A DNA stretch of 64,000 bases from an uncultured Lachnospiraceae bacterium (GTDB lineage Bacteria; Bacillota; Clostridia; Lachnospirales; CAG-274). Shown here one piece after another: positions 55,846-64,000 of the stretch. Made by a program: the position numbers and the translations under genes. The notes beneath the pieces are model-generated. The model was not told where the DNA came from and made no database searches. It saw nothing but the letters and a program-made list of their open reading frames with translations. The stretch lies in contig CAZHGC010000005.1 in NCBI GenBank assembly GCA_964531385.1, forward strand, positions 4,953 to 68,952. The letters are read 5' to 3'. The first letter of the stretch is position 1. Every line of letters begins with the position of its first letter.

Positions 55846-57000
55846 ATGAACGCTGACAAAATAGTTATGATTGCTCCTGTGTATCCGTTTAAGGGAGGAA
55901 TTTCACATTATTCGGCATTGATGTATAAAGCTTTATCAAAAAAATATGATGTTGATTTAATGTCATTTAAGTTGCAGTATCCTAAATTTTTGTTTAAAAA
56001 AGAGCAAAAAGATTATAAAAACGACAAGCTTAAAATTGATGGTGTGGATTTTTGTATTAATACAATTAATCCTTTTAACTATATTTCAACTGCATTGAAG
56101 ATAAGAAAAATGAAACCGAAACTTGTTATATTTCAATGGTGGCACCCTTATTTTACGCCTTGCTTTTATACTATATTAAAGTTGCTTGGAAAAACAAACG
56201 TTTTATTTATTTGTCATAATGTTTTTCCTCACGAAAGATTTCCTCTTGACAGATTTTTGACCAAACTTGTTTTAAGAAACGGGAATTATTTTATTACGCA
56301 TTCAAGTATGGACAAAGATGATTTGATTTCGATAAAAAAAGATGCTGAAGTTACAGTGTCGGTTTTGCCGAATTTTAATTCTTTTAAACTTGGTGAATAT
56401 GACAGAGAAAAGGCAAGGAATGAACTGGATATATCTTCAGATGAAAAAGTTTTATTGTTTTTTGGATTTATACGAAAATATAAAGGGCTTAAATATCTTA
56501 TAAATGCTCTTCCGAAGTGTGTTTCTGAAATTGAAAAGCTTAAATTGTTGATTGTTGGAGAATTTCCTGATGAAAATACAAGGCAGGATTATTTTGATGA
56601 AATTGAAAAAAATAATATGAAAGAATTTATTAAAATTTATGACGGATATATTCCCGATGATGAAGTTGAAAAATTTTTTGTGGCTTCAGATGTTGTTGTT
56701 ATGCCTTACGAATCGGCAACGCAAAGTGGCATTGTTCAGATTGCATACGGATTTGAAAAACCGGTTATTGTTACTGATGTTGGAGGACTTCCGGAAGTTG
56801 TTGCTGACGGAGTTACGGGGTATGTTTCAAAGCATTGCGATGTAAATTCATTGTCGGAAAATATAATTAAATTTTTTGATGAAAACAAAGCCTCTGCGTT
56901 TTCTGATAATATAAAGATTGAGGAAAAAAAATATTCTTGGGAGAGAATGGTTGAAAAAATTGATTATGTGGTTGAAGAAATTGAAAGAAAGTCTTTGTAA
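55846..57000 (+). CDS. GT4-family glycosyltransferase
   Basis: ...PYESATQSGIVQIAYGFEKPVIVTDVGGLPEVV... GT4 C-terminal motif. Confidence 0.85.
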   Translation: MNADKIVMIAPVYPFKGGISHYSALMYKALSKKYDVDLMSFKLQYPKFLFKKEQKDYKNDKLKIDGVDFCINTINPFNYISTALKIRKMKPKLVIFQWWHPYFTPCFYTILKLLGKTNVLFICHNVFPHERFPLDRFLTKLVLRNGNYFITHSSMDKDDLISIKKDAEVTVSVLPNFNSFKLGEYDREKARNELDISSDEKVLLFFGFIRKYKGLKYLINALPKCVSEIEKLKLLIVGEFPDENTRQDYFDEIEKNNMKEFIKIYDGYIPDDEVEKFFVASDVVVMPYESATQSGIVQIAYGFEKPVIVTDVGGLPEVVADGVTGYVSKHCDVNSLSENIIKFFDENKASAFSDNIKIEEKKYSWERMVEKIDYVVEEIERKSL

Positions 57001-57001
57001 A

Positions 57002-57940
57002 TTGAATTTAAAAAAATATATCAAAATAATTGGAAATATCATTACTGTGATTGCTCTTATATTTATTGCGAAAAGGATTTATGGAATGGATATTAATTAT
57101 TCGGATATATTTAATTCCGAAAAAGTATTGTATTTTGTTTTAATTGTTATTTTAAATGTTGCTGCAATATTTATTGTTGGAGTTACTTGGAGTTTTCTTA
57201 TTGAAATTATTATTGGCAGAAAATTTCAAAATATTAAAGCTATGGTTGTTTATGTTAGGGCAAACATATTAAAATATGTTCCAGGAAATGTATTTCATTA
57301 TGTTGGAAGAAATTCTCTGGCACCAAAAATAAATGCAAGCCATGCAGATATAGCTTTGGCAACAGTTGTTGATATGTTATGTACGGTTATTATAAGTGCG
57401 ATTGTTTCGTTAGTTTTTATGAAAGAAGCTTTTTTTACTTATCTATTTATGTTTTTTGATAAGTTTATTTTGTTTTTTTTGGCAATATTTTTTGTTTTAA
57501 TAAGTTTGTTGGTGTTTCTTGTTTACAAATTTAAATCTAAAATATATAATTTTATTGTTGAGCATAGAAAAATTTTGAACAAGAAAAGCTTTTTGAAATT
57601 TTTCGGCACATTATTAATGTATATATTTAACAATATATTTTCGGCTGTTATATATTTGATTGTTATGAGAGTTTTTTTGAACTATGATTTTGATTTTTAT
57701 TCTTTTTGCAATGTTGTTGGGGCGTTTAATTTAGCGTGGATTGTTGGGTTTGTTGTTCCCGGGTCACCGGGAGGGATAGGAATAAGAGAATCGGTTATGA
57801 CAATTATTGCAGGAAGTTTGTTAAACAGCGATATGATAGTGTTATCTATGGTTATATACAGATTTGTTAATATATTGGCTGATGTAACATCATATATAAT
57901 TGCTGTTTTTGTTAATAAAAAATTAAATTTAAAATTGTAA
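57002..57940 (+). CDS. UPF0104 / LPG-synthase-TM (flippase-like) membrane protein
   Basis: 8 or more TM helices and the family motif VPGSPGGIGIRES. The start is uncertain (TTG 57002, or an ATG at 56966/56918 overlapping the upstream gene). Confidence 0.7.
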   Translation: MNLKKYIKIIGNIITVIALIFIAKRIYGMDINYSDIFNSEKVLYFVLIVILNVAAIFIVGVTWSFLIEIIIGRKFQNIKAMVVYVRANILKYVPGNVFHYVGRNSLAPKINASHADIALATVVDMLCTVIISAIVSLVFMKEAFFTYLFMFFDKFILFFLAIFFVLISLLVFLVYKFKSKIYNFIVEHRKILNKKSFLKFFGTLLMYIFNNIFSAVIYLIVMRVFLNYDFDFYSFCNVVGAFNLAWIVGFVVPGSPGGIGIRESVMTIIAGSLLNSDMIVLSMVIYRFVNILADVTSYIIAVFVNKKLNLKL

Positions 57941-57999
57941 GATTTATTTGATAAATTAAATATTATTTTAAGGAGAATAAAGAGGGAGTTATAACTATT

Positions 58000-59325
58000 A
58001 TGAAAATCTCAGTTATTGGAACAGGGTATGTTGGGCTTGTTACGGGGGCTTGTTTTTCAGAAATGGGAAATAAAGTTTATTGCGTTGACACAGATTTTGA
58101 TAAAATTGAAAATTTGAAAAAGGGGATTTTGCCGATTTATGAGGCAGGTCTTGAGGAAATAGTTGTTAGAAATTACAATAAAAGACAACTCAATTTTACA
58201 ACAGATATTTGTGAGGCTCTTGAGAAAACAGATATATGCTTTATTGCGGTTGGAACGCCTATGGACAAGGACGGAAGTGCTGACCTTAAATATGTTCTTC
58301 AAGTTGCAAAGCAAATTGGTGAATATATGTGCCACGATATGATAATTATTGATAAATCAACCGTTCCTGTTGGAACAGCTGAAAAGGTTAATGAAGTTAT
58401 TGGAAACGAACTTGATAAGAGAAATGTTTCGTTTAAATTTAAAGTTGTTTCAAATCCTGAATTTTTGAAAGAGGGGGCGGCTGTTGAGGATTGTATGCGT
58501 CCCGACAGAATTGTTATCGGTGTTCCCGATGAAGATGTTATTTCGGTTATGAAAGAGCTTTATTCGCCTTTTATACGAAACAGAGAGCGTTTTATAATTA
58601 TGGACGTAAAAAGTGCGGAAATGACAAAATATGCCTCAAATGCTATGCTTGCAACAAGAATTTCTTTTATGAACGAAATTGCAAATATTTGCGAAAAAGT
58701 TGGTGCTGATGTTAATAATGTTAGGCTTGGTATGGGAAGTGATTCTCGAATTGGTTACAGCTTTTTATATGCCGGCTGTGGATATGGTGGAAGTTGTTTT
58801 CCGAAAGATGTTCAGGCACTTATTAAAACGGCAGATGATTTTGGGTATGATGCTGAAATTTTGAAAATGGTTGAAAAGATAAATTTTGAACAGAAAAAAG
58901 TGCTTGTTAAAAAAGCTGTTGAAAGATTTGGTGAAGATTTGAAAGGGCTTGTTTTTTCGGTTTGGGGGCTTAGTTTTAAACCCAATACAGACGATATGAG
59001 GGAAGCTCCTTCAATTACTGTTATAAACGAGCTTTTGGAAAGAGGGGCTAAAATTAAGGCTTTTGACCCAAAAGCTGTTGATGAGGCGAAAAAGATTTTT
59101 TTAAATGAAAAGGAAATTGAATTTTTTGACAATAAATATGATGTTTTAGACGGAAGCGATGCACTTTTTCTTATTACCGAATGGAAAGAATTCAGATGTC
59201 CTGATTTTTTTGAAATGAAAGAAAGAATGAAGAATTTTGTTATTTTTGACGGAAGAAATCAATACAATTTTGACATTGCTTTAAAAAATGGTTTTGAATA
59301 TTATCAGATTGGGAGAGTAAGATAA
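58000..59325 (+). CDS. ugd: UDP-glucose 6-dehydrogenase
   Basis: MKISVIGTGYVGLVTGACF and the catalytic GYGGSCFPKD motif. 441 aa. Confidence 0.95.
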   Translation: MKISVIGTGYVGLVTGACFSEMGNKVYCVDTDFDKIENLKKGILPIYEAGLEEIVVRNYNKRQLNFTTDICEALEKTDICFIAVGTPMDKDGSADLKYVLQVAKQIGEYMCHDMIIIDKSTVPVGTAEKVNEVIGNELDKRNVSFKFKVVSNPEFLKEGAAVEDCMRPDRIVIGVPDEDVISVMKELYSPFIRNRERFIIMDVKSAEMTKYASNAMLATRISFMNEIANICEKVGADVNNVRLGMGSDSRIGYSFLYAGCGYGGSCFPKDVQALIKTADDFGYDAEILKMVEKINFEQKKVLVKKAVERFGEDLKGLVFSVWGLSFKPNTDDMREAPSITVINELLERGAKIKAFDPKAVDEAKKIFLNEKEIEFFDNKYDVLDGSDALFLITEWKEFRCPDFFEMKERMKNFVIFDGRNQYNFDIALKNGFEYYQIGRVR

Positions 59326-59328
59326 GCT

Positions 59329-60480
59329 ATGAAAATTGCTTTTGATGCACAATTATTGAGCGAAAAACAAAAAACGGGGATTGGTTTTGTTGCTAAAAAT
59401 ATTGTTACGGAGCTTGCTTCAAAAGAAGAAAACAAATGCTTTGCAAATTATTTTTCTTTTGGTGCAAACAAGCAAAATATTGAAACAATAAGAGAATACA
59501 AAAATTTGGGGATTGAGCTAAACGAATGTAAATGGTTTAATAATATGATTTACAGGCTTATGTGGTGTGTTTTGCCAATTCCATATTCTTTGTTTTTTGG
59601 TAGAAAAGCAGATGTTTCTTTATTTTTTAATTATTATCTACCTCCGTTTGTTGGCGGAAAAAAAGTTACGATGATTCACGATATGGTTTGTATGGATTGT
59701 CCGGAAACGATGAACTTTAAAACAAAAATGATGCTTAAAATGACTTTAAAAAAATCAATTAGAAGAGCTGACAAAATTATTGCCGTTTCTCAATTTAGCA
59801 AAGAAAGAATTATGTATTATTTTGATGTTCCAGATGATAAAATTGCGGTTATGCCAAACGGTGTTGATTTGGACGTTTACAGAGATGATTTCCATGAAAA
59901 TCAGGTTGAAGACGTTTGTCTTAAATATGCAATTAACAGCGAATATTTCCTGTATCTCGGAACTTTGGAGCCAAGGAAGAACATTGAACGAATAATTGAG
60001 GCATATTATATGCTTACACAAAAAACAGACGATGTTCCGCTTTTAGTTCTTGCGGGAAAAAAGGGCTGGCTTTTTGAGTCTATTTTTGAAACTGTTAAAA
60101 AATATCAACTTGAAGATAAAATTGTTTTTACGGGATATGTTTCGGAAGAGGACGCACCTGTTCTTTTGTTTGGTGCAAAAGCTTTTGTTTTTCCGTCGTT
60201 ATATGAGGGGTTTGGTATGCCCCCTTTGGAGGCTATGGCTTGCGGAACGCCCGTTATTACATCAAATTGTACAAGCTTGCCGGAGGTTGTTGGAGATTGC
60301 GGTATTTTGGTTAATCCGCTTGAAACAGAAGAAATTTGTGATGCTATGTTTAAACTTCTTGATGATGATGAACTTTGCAAAAAACTTTCAAAAGACGGTA
60401 GAAAAAGAGCGGAAGAGTTTACTTGGAAAAGAGCCTCAGATATTGTTTTAAAAGTTTGCGAAGAACTTGTGAAAGGGTAG
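59329..60480 (+). CDS. GT4-family glycosyltransferase
   Basis: ...FPSLYEGFGMPPLEAMACGTPVITS... canonical GT4 EX7E region. Confidence 0.9.
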   Translation: MKIAFDAQLLSEKQKTGIGFVAKNIVTELASKEENKCFANYFSFGANKQNIETIREYKNLGIELNECKWFNNMIYRLMWCVLPIPYSLFFGRKADVSLFFNYYLPPFVGGKKVTMIHDMVCMDCPETMNFKTKMMLKMTLKKSIRRADKIIAVSQFSKERIMYYFDVPDDKIAVMPNGVDLDVYRDDFHENQVEDVCLKYAINSEYFLYLGTLEPRKNIERIIEAYYMLTQKTDDVPLLVLAGKKGWLFESIFETVKKYQLEDKIVFTGYVSEEDAPVLLFGAKAFVFPSLYEGFGMPPLEAMACGTPVITSNCTSLPEVVGDCGILVNPLETEEICDAMFKLLDDDELCKKLSKDGRKRAEEFTWKRASDIVLKVCEELVKG

Positions 60481-60485
60481 TTTAT

Positions 60486-61619
60486 ATGAAAAGAATGAAA
60501 ATTGTTCAAGTTAATAAATTATATGCTCCTGTTGTTGGAGGAATTGAAAAAGTTGTTCAGGAAATTGCAGAGGGTCTTTCTGTGAAAGATGATGTTGATA
60601 TGCAAGTTTTGGTTTGTCAGGGCAAGGGCAAAACCGTTAAGGAAAGATATAACGGCATTAAACTTATTCGTTCGGGGAGTTTTGGAACATATTTATCAAT
60701 GCCTGTTTCATTTTCTTTTTTTAAATATTTTAAAAAGCTTTCGAAAAGTGCTGACGTTATACATTTACATATGCCATTTCCTTTGGGTGATTTGGCTTGT
60801 GTTCTTTCGGGGTTTGACGGGAAAGTTTGTTTATGGTGGCACGCTGACATTGTTAGACAAAAGCTTTTTATGCCTTTTTATGCACCGATTATGAAAAAGC
60901 TTTTGAAAAGAGCTGATTGCATAATTGTTGCAACAAAGGGGCATATTGAAAGTTCGAAATATTTAAAACCTTTTGAAGATAAATGCGTTATTATTCCTTT
61001 TGGTATTGATGAAAAAGATTTTAAGAGAAGCGAAGTTTCTGAAAAAATTCTTGATAAATACAAGACTTCTGAAGGGAAAAAGATTTTATTTGTTGGAAGA
61101 TTGGTTTATTATAAAGGTATTGAAGTTTTGCTTGATGCTTTTTCAAAAGTTTCGGGGGCGGAATTGTTTATTGTTGGGGAAGGTCCTCTTGAGGAAGGTC
61201 TTAACAAAAAAGTTGAGGAATATAAAATTAAAGATAAAGTTCATTTTCTTGGGCGAATTGATGACGACAGGCTTAAAGCTTGTTTGCGAGATTGCGATAT
61301 GCTTGCATTTCCTTCTGTTGCAAACAGCGAAGCTTTTGGACTTGTTCAGCTTGAGGCTATGATTTATGGCAAACCTGTTATTAACAGCAATTTGCCAACG
61401 GGTGTGCCTTATGTCAGTATTCACAATGAAACGGGGTTTACTGTTGAGCCTTATGATGTTTGCGGGCTTGCAGAGGCTATGCAAAAGCTTATCAATGATG
61501 ATGAACTTTGTAAAAAATTTGGCGAAAATGCCTATTTAAAAGTTACAACCGAATTTACTATGGAAAATATGCTTGAAAAAGTTTATGAAAAATATAAAGA
61601 ACTTGTATCTGAATGTTAA
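60486..61619 (+). CDS. GT4-family glycosyltransferase
   Basis: ...FPSVANSEAFGLVQLEAMIYGKPVINS.... ATG 60486 follows AAAGGG. The upstream part of the track ORF overlaps the previous gene. Confidence 0.9.
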   Translation: MKRMKIVQVNKLYAPVVGGIEKVVQEIAEGLSVKDDVDMQVLVCQGKGKTVKERYNGIKLIRSGSFGTYLSMPVSFSFFKYFKKLSKSADVIHLHMPFPLGDLACVLSGFDGKVCLWWHADIVRQKLFMPFYAPIMKKLLKRADCIIVATKGHIESSKYLKPFEDKCVIIPFGIDEKDFKRSEVSEKILDKYKTSEGKKILFVGRLVYYKGIEVLLDAFSKVSGAELFIVGEGPLEEGLNKKVEEYKIKDKVHFLGRIDDDRLKACLRDCDMLAFPSVANSEAFGLVQLEAMIYGKPVINSNLPTGVPYVSIHNETGFTVEPYDVCGLAEAMQKLINDDELCKKFGENAYLKVTTEFTMENMLEKVYEKYKELVSEC

Positions 61620-61634
61620 CGGAGGAATTTTGGT

Positions 61635-62600
61635 GTGTTTCCTTTTAAATTAAAGCCGGCTTTTAAAGATTATATTTGGGGCGGTGACAAACTTAAAAAA
61701 TTTTATAATAAAAATACAGATATAGAACCGGTTGCGGAAAGCTGGGAGCTTTCTTCGCACCCTGACGGTATGGGAGTTATTGCAAACGGTGAATTTTCGG
61801 GAATGGCGTTTGGTGATTTTATAAAAAAATATCCAAATTCTGTTTACAAGGGCTTTAATTCTGAAAAAGATTTCCCTGTTTTGATAAAATTTATTGATGC
61901 AAAGGAAAATTTGTCGGTTCAAGTTCACCCCGACGACGAATTTGCCAAGATTTATGAAAACGGACAAGGAAAAACCGAAATGTGGTATGTTTTGGATTGT
62001 GAGCCCGGTGCTTTTTTATATTTTGGTTTTCGATATGCAATTCCTCCAGAGGAATTTGAAAGAAGAATTCAGCAAAAAAATATTACAGATGTTTTGCGAA
62101 AAGTTTATGTTAAAAAAGGCGATGTGTTTTTTATTGAGTCGGGAACAATTCACGCTATTGGAAAAGGTATTGTAATTGCTGAAATTCAACAGAACTCGAA
62201 CACAACATACAGAGTTTATGATTATGGTAGAACCGGAAAAGACGGAAAACAGCGAGAACTTCACATTGAAAAAGCAAAAATGGTTACAAAGCTTAACAGA
62301 GCGAGCCTTTATGAACTTTTTGATTTTGAACATACGGAAACTGAAATTTTTTCTGAAAAAGTTTTGGCAAAATGCAAATTTTTTAAAGTTAAATATTTTT
62401 TGTTAAACGGAGAAATTTCTTTATTGAATTTGCAAAAAGTTTTTTTGTCATATTTATGTATTTCAGGAAACTCAACGCTTAAATATAAAGACGATGTTAT
62501 TATGCAAATTCAAAAAGGTGACAGCGTTTTTATTCCTGCGGATTGTCCGGAGGGGATAACTCTTTTTGGAAATTGCGAATTTATTATTACAACTGTTTGA
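61635..62600 (+). CDS. manA: Mannose-6-phosphate isomerase, class I
   Basis: ...YIWGG...ESWELS...LSVQVHPDD...EMWYV...AIG... cupin-type PMI motifs. GTG start follows GGAGGA. Confidence 0.85.
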   Translation: MFPFKLKPAFKDYIWGGDKLKKFYNKNTDIEPVAESWELSSHPDGMGVIANGEFSGMAFGDFIKKYPNSVYKGFNSEKDFPVLIKFIDAKENLSVQVHPDDEFAKIYENGQGKTEMWYVLDCEPGAFLYFGFRYAIPPEEFERRIQQKNITDVLRKVYVKKGDVFFIESGTIHAIGKGIVIAEIQQNSNTTYRVYDYGRTGKDGKQRELHIEKAKMVTKLNRASLYELFDFEHTETEIFSEKVLAKCKFFKVKYFLLNGEISLLNLQKVFLSYLCISGNSTLKYKDDVIMQIQKGDSVFIPADCPEGITLFGNCEFIITTV

Positions 62601-62649
62601 GATGATTTTACAGATTGTTAAAATTTACGTTTTAAAGTTTGTTAAAGTT

Positions 62650-62706
62650 CAAGCTGTCGGCAAAATCGACAGCTTGTTAAAGAAATGCGTGCATTTCTTT
62701 TTTTGG
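62650..62706 (+). terminator. Tandem hairpins ending the glycan cluster; the second is a Rho-independent terminator
   Basis: CAAGCTGTCG...CGACAGCTTG, then AGAAATG-cgtg-CATTTCT followed by T8. Confidence 0.75.
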
Positions 62707-62837
62707 TTGCTGATTTATTGACGATTTTAGATGAGTAGTTGTTGATTTTTATTCATAGCACACGTTTTTATTTAATAAAATGTATTAGATAATTTTTAAC
62801 GTATTTTGTTAAATCAATAATATTTTGGAGTGTGTTT

Positions 62838-64000
62838 ATGAGTAAACCGACAATAACTGTTAAAAAAAGGCTGTTGTTTTTTTTGATGTGTTTTGGAATT
62901 ATGCTTTTTATTTTAATTTGCCGAATTTTTTATATACAATATTTTAAAGCGGATTTTTTGCAACAAAAAGCTTATGAGCAACAAACACGTGACAGGCTCA
63001 TTGCTCCGAAAAGGGGCGATATTCTTGACAGAAATTTTAACGATATTGCAAAAACGCAAACAGTTTGTTCTGTTAGTGTTATACACGCACAAGTTAAAGA
63101 CGAAAAGAGAGTTGCTGAGGTTTTATCGGAGAAACTTCAACTTGAATATGACTTTGTTTTGAAAAAAGTTCAAAAAAAGGTTGCACTTGAAAGAATCAAA
63201 ACGAAGGTTGACAAATCGGTTGCCGATGAGATTAGAAAGCTTAACATTGACGGAATTGTTATTGATGATGATATTAAAAGAGTTTATCCGTTTTGCAATC
63301 TTGCTTCGCAAGTTATTGGATTTACCGGAAAAGATAATCAAGGTATTATCGGACTTGAAGCGAAATATGATGAATTTTTGAAAGGAAAACAGGGCAAAAT
63401 TTTAACGGAGACAGATGCAAGAGGTGTTGAACTTAAAAACGGAAAAGAAATCAGAGTTGAGCCTGTTTCCGGATATAATCTTGTTACAAGCATTGACATA
63501 AATATTCAGCAATATGCAGAGCAAACTTTGGAAAAAGTTGTTGAGGCGAAAAGTGCCAAAAGAGGGGTTATTATAGTTATGAACCCTCAGAACGGCGAAA
63601 TTTATGCTATGGCGAATAAGCCTGATTTTGATTTAAACGAGCCTTTTAAAGTTAATTCTATTGAACTTCAAAACTCTTGGGAAACACTTTCTCAAAAAGA
63701 AAAAAACGATAAGTTAAATCAAATTTGGCGAAATTTTGCAATAAATGATACTTATGAACCGGGGTCGACATTTAAAGTTATTACATCGGCGGCGGGACTT
63801 GAAGAAAATGTTGTTGATGTTTCAAGTTCGTTTAACTGCGGTGGAGGAAGAACTGTTGGTGGAAGATATATTAAATGTTGGCGTTCGCCGAGAAGCCACG
63901 GAACTTTAAATTTTGTTCAAGGCGTTCAAAATTCTTGTAATCCTGTTTTTATGGACGTTGCAGCAAGGCTTGGCCCGCAAAAATTTTATTCATATATGAA
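62838..64000 (+). CDS. Class B penicillin-binding protein (SpoVD/FtsI-like), 5' partial; runs off the window
   Basis: Not in the ORF track because it has no stop. Own translation from ATG 62838: MSKPTITVKKRLLFF... (TM anchor), the PBP dimer domain, then the active-site EPGSTFKV (SxxK) and the SCN (SxN) motif. Confidence 0.9.
   Translation, partial: MSKPTITVKKRLLFFLMCFGIMLFILICRIFYIQYFKADFLQQKAYEQQTRDRLIAPKRGDILDRNFNDIAKTQTVCSVSVIHAQVKDEKRVAEVLSEKLQLEYDFVLKKVQKKVALERIKTKVDKSVADEIRKLNIDGIVIDDDIKRVYPFCNLASQVIGFTGKDNQGIIGLEAKYDEFLKGKQGKILTETDARGVELKNGKEIRVEPVSGYNLVTSIDINIQQYAEQTLEKVVEAKSAKRGVIIVMNPQNGEIYAMANKPDFDLNEPFKVNSIELQNSWETLSQKEKNDKLNQIWRNFAINDTYEPGSTFKVITSAAGLEENVVDVSSSFNCGGGRTVGGRYIKCWRSPRSHGTLNFVQGVQNSCNPVFMDVAARLGPQKFYSYM

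Noticed and set aside
1-64000. Mobile elements, prophage, tRNA/rRNA genes and CRISPR-cas
   Set aside because: I read through all ORFs and intergenic regions and found no integrase, transposase, recombinase, phage structural protein, cloverleaf-like GC-rich segment or repeat array.

Overview
Low-GC (roughly 30%) chromosomal segment from a spore-forming Firmicute of Clostridia type (spoVT, an SpoVD/FtsI-like PBP and the ireB-ruvX-DUF1292 trio are present). I found no transposase, integrase, tRNA, rRNA or CRISPR array. Most of the window is densely packed housekeeping: feoAB, RNase P RNA (hidden under spurious ORFs), a ParE/ParC-like type IIA topoisomerase pair, a YbiT-like ABC-F ATPase, a SulP transporter, rubrerythrin, cyclophilin, RNase J, MtaB, a small alarmone synthetase and a long PRPP-synthetase homologue. 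The main accessory content is cell-surface glycan biosynthesis, split into two loci. A minus-strand initiation/ligation operon at 19.9-24.3 kb encodes a PglC/CapM-like phosphoglycosyltransferase, a CapD/PglF-like dehydratase and an O-antigen-ligase-like protein. A 20-kb plus-strand cluster at 42.4-62.6 kb has the logic of an ABC-transporter-dependent GDP-D-rhamnose (or related 6-deoxyhexose) polymer pathway: manC-gmd-rmd-wzm-wzt, six GT4 genes and a coiled-coil methyltransferase. It also holds a GtrB-like GT2, an 829-aa polytopic membrane protein, a UPF0104 flippase-like protein, ugd and manA. The best candidates for something undescribed are listed here. (1) A terminator-insulated two-gene module at 29.3-30.7 kb whose second protein has JetD-C/Topo VI-A-like Toprim motifs but no SMC partner, and whose ORFs overlap by 55 nt in the -1 frame. 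(2) A duplicated 54-nt promoter-plus-double-hairpin element with a 61-nt hairpin upstream of the ABC-F gene. (3) A 508-aa acidic protein with a tandem HHHEHNHSHNCGC tail, divergent from an orphan AraC-type response regulator. (4) A mini P-loop ATPase whose stop codon overlaps the start of a TIGR01212 radical-SAM gene (TAATG). (5) A response regulator with a partly degenerate HD-GYP domain. All functional calls come from reading motifs by eye; no searches were run.
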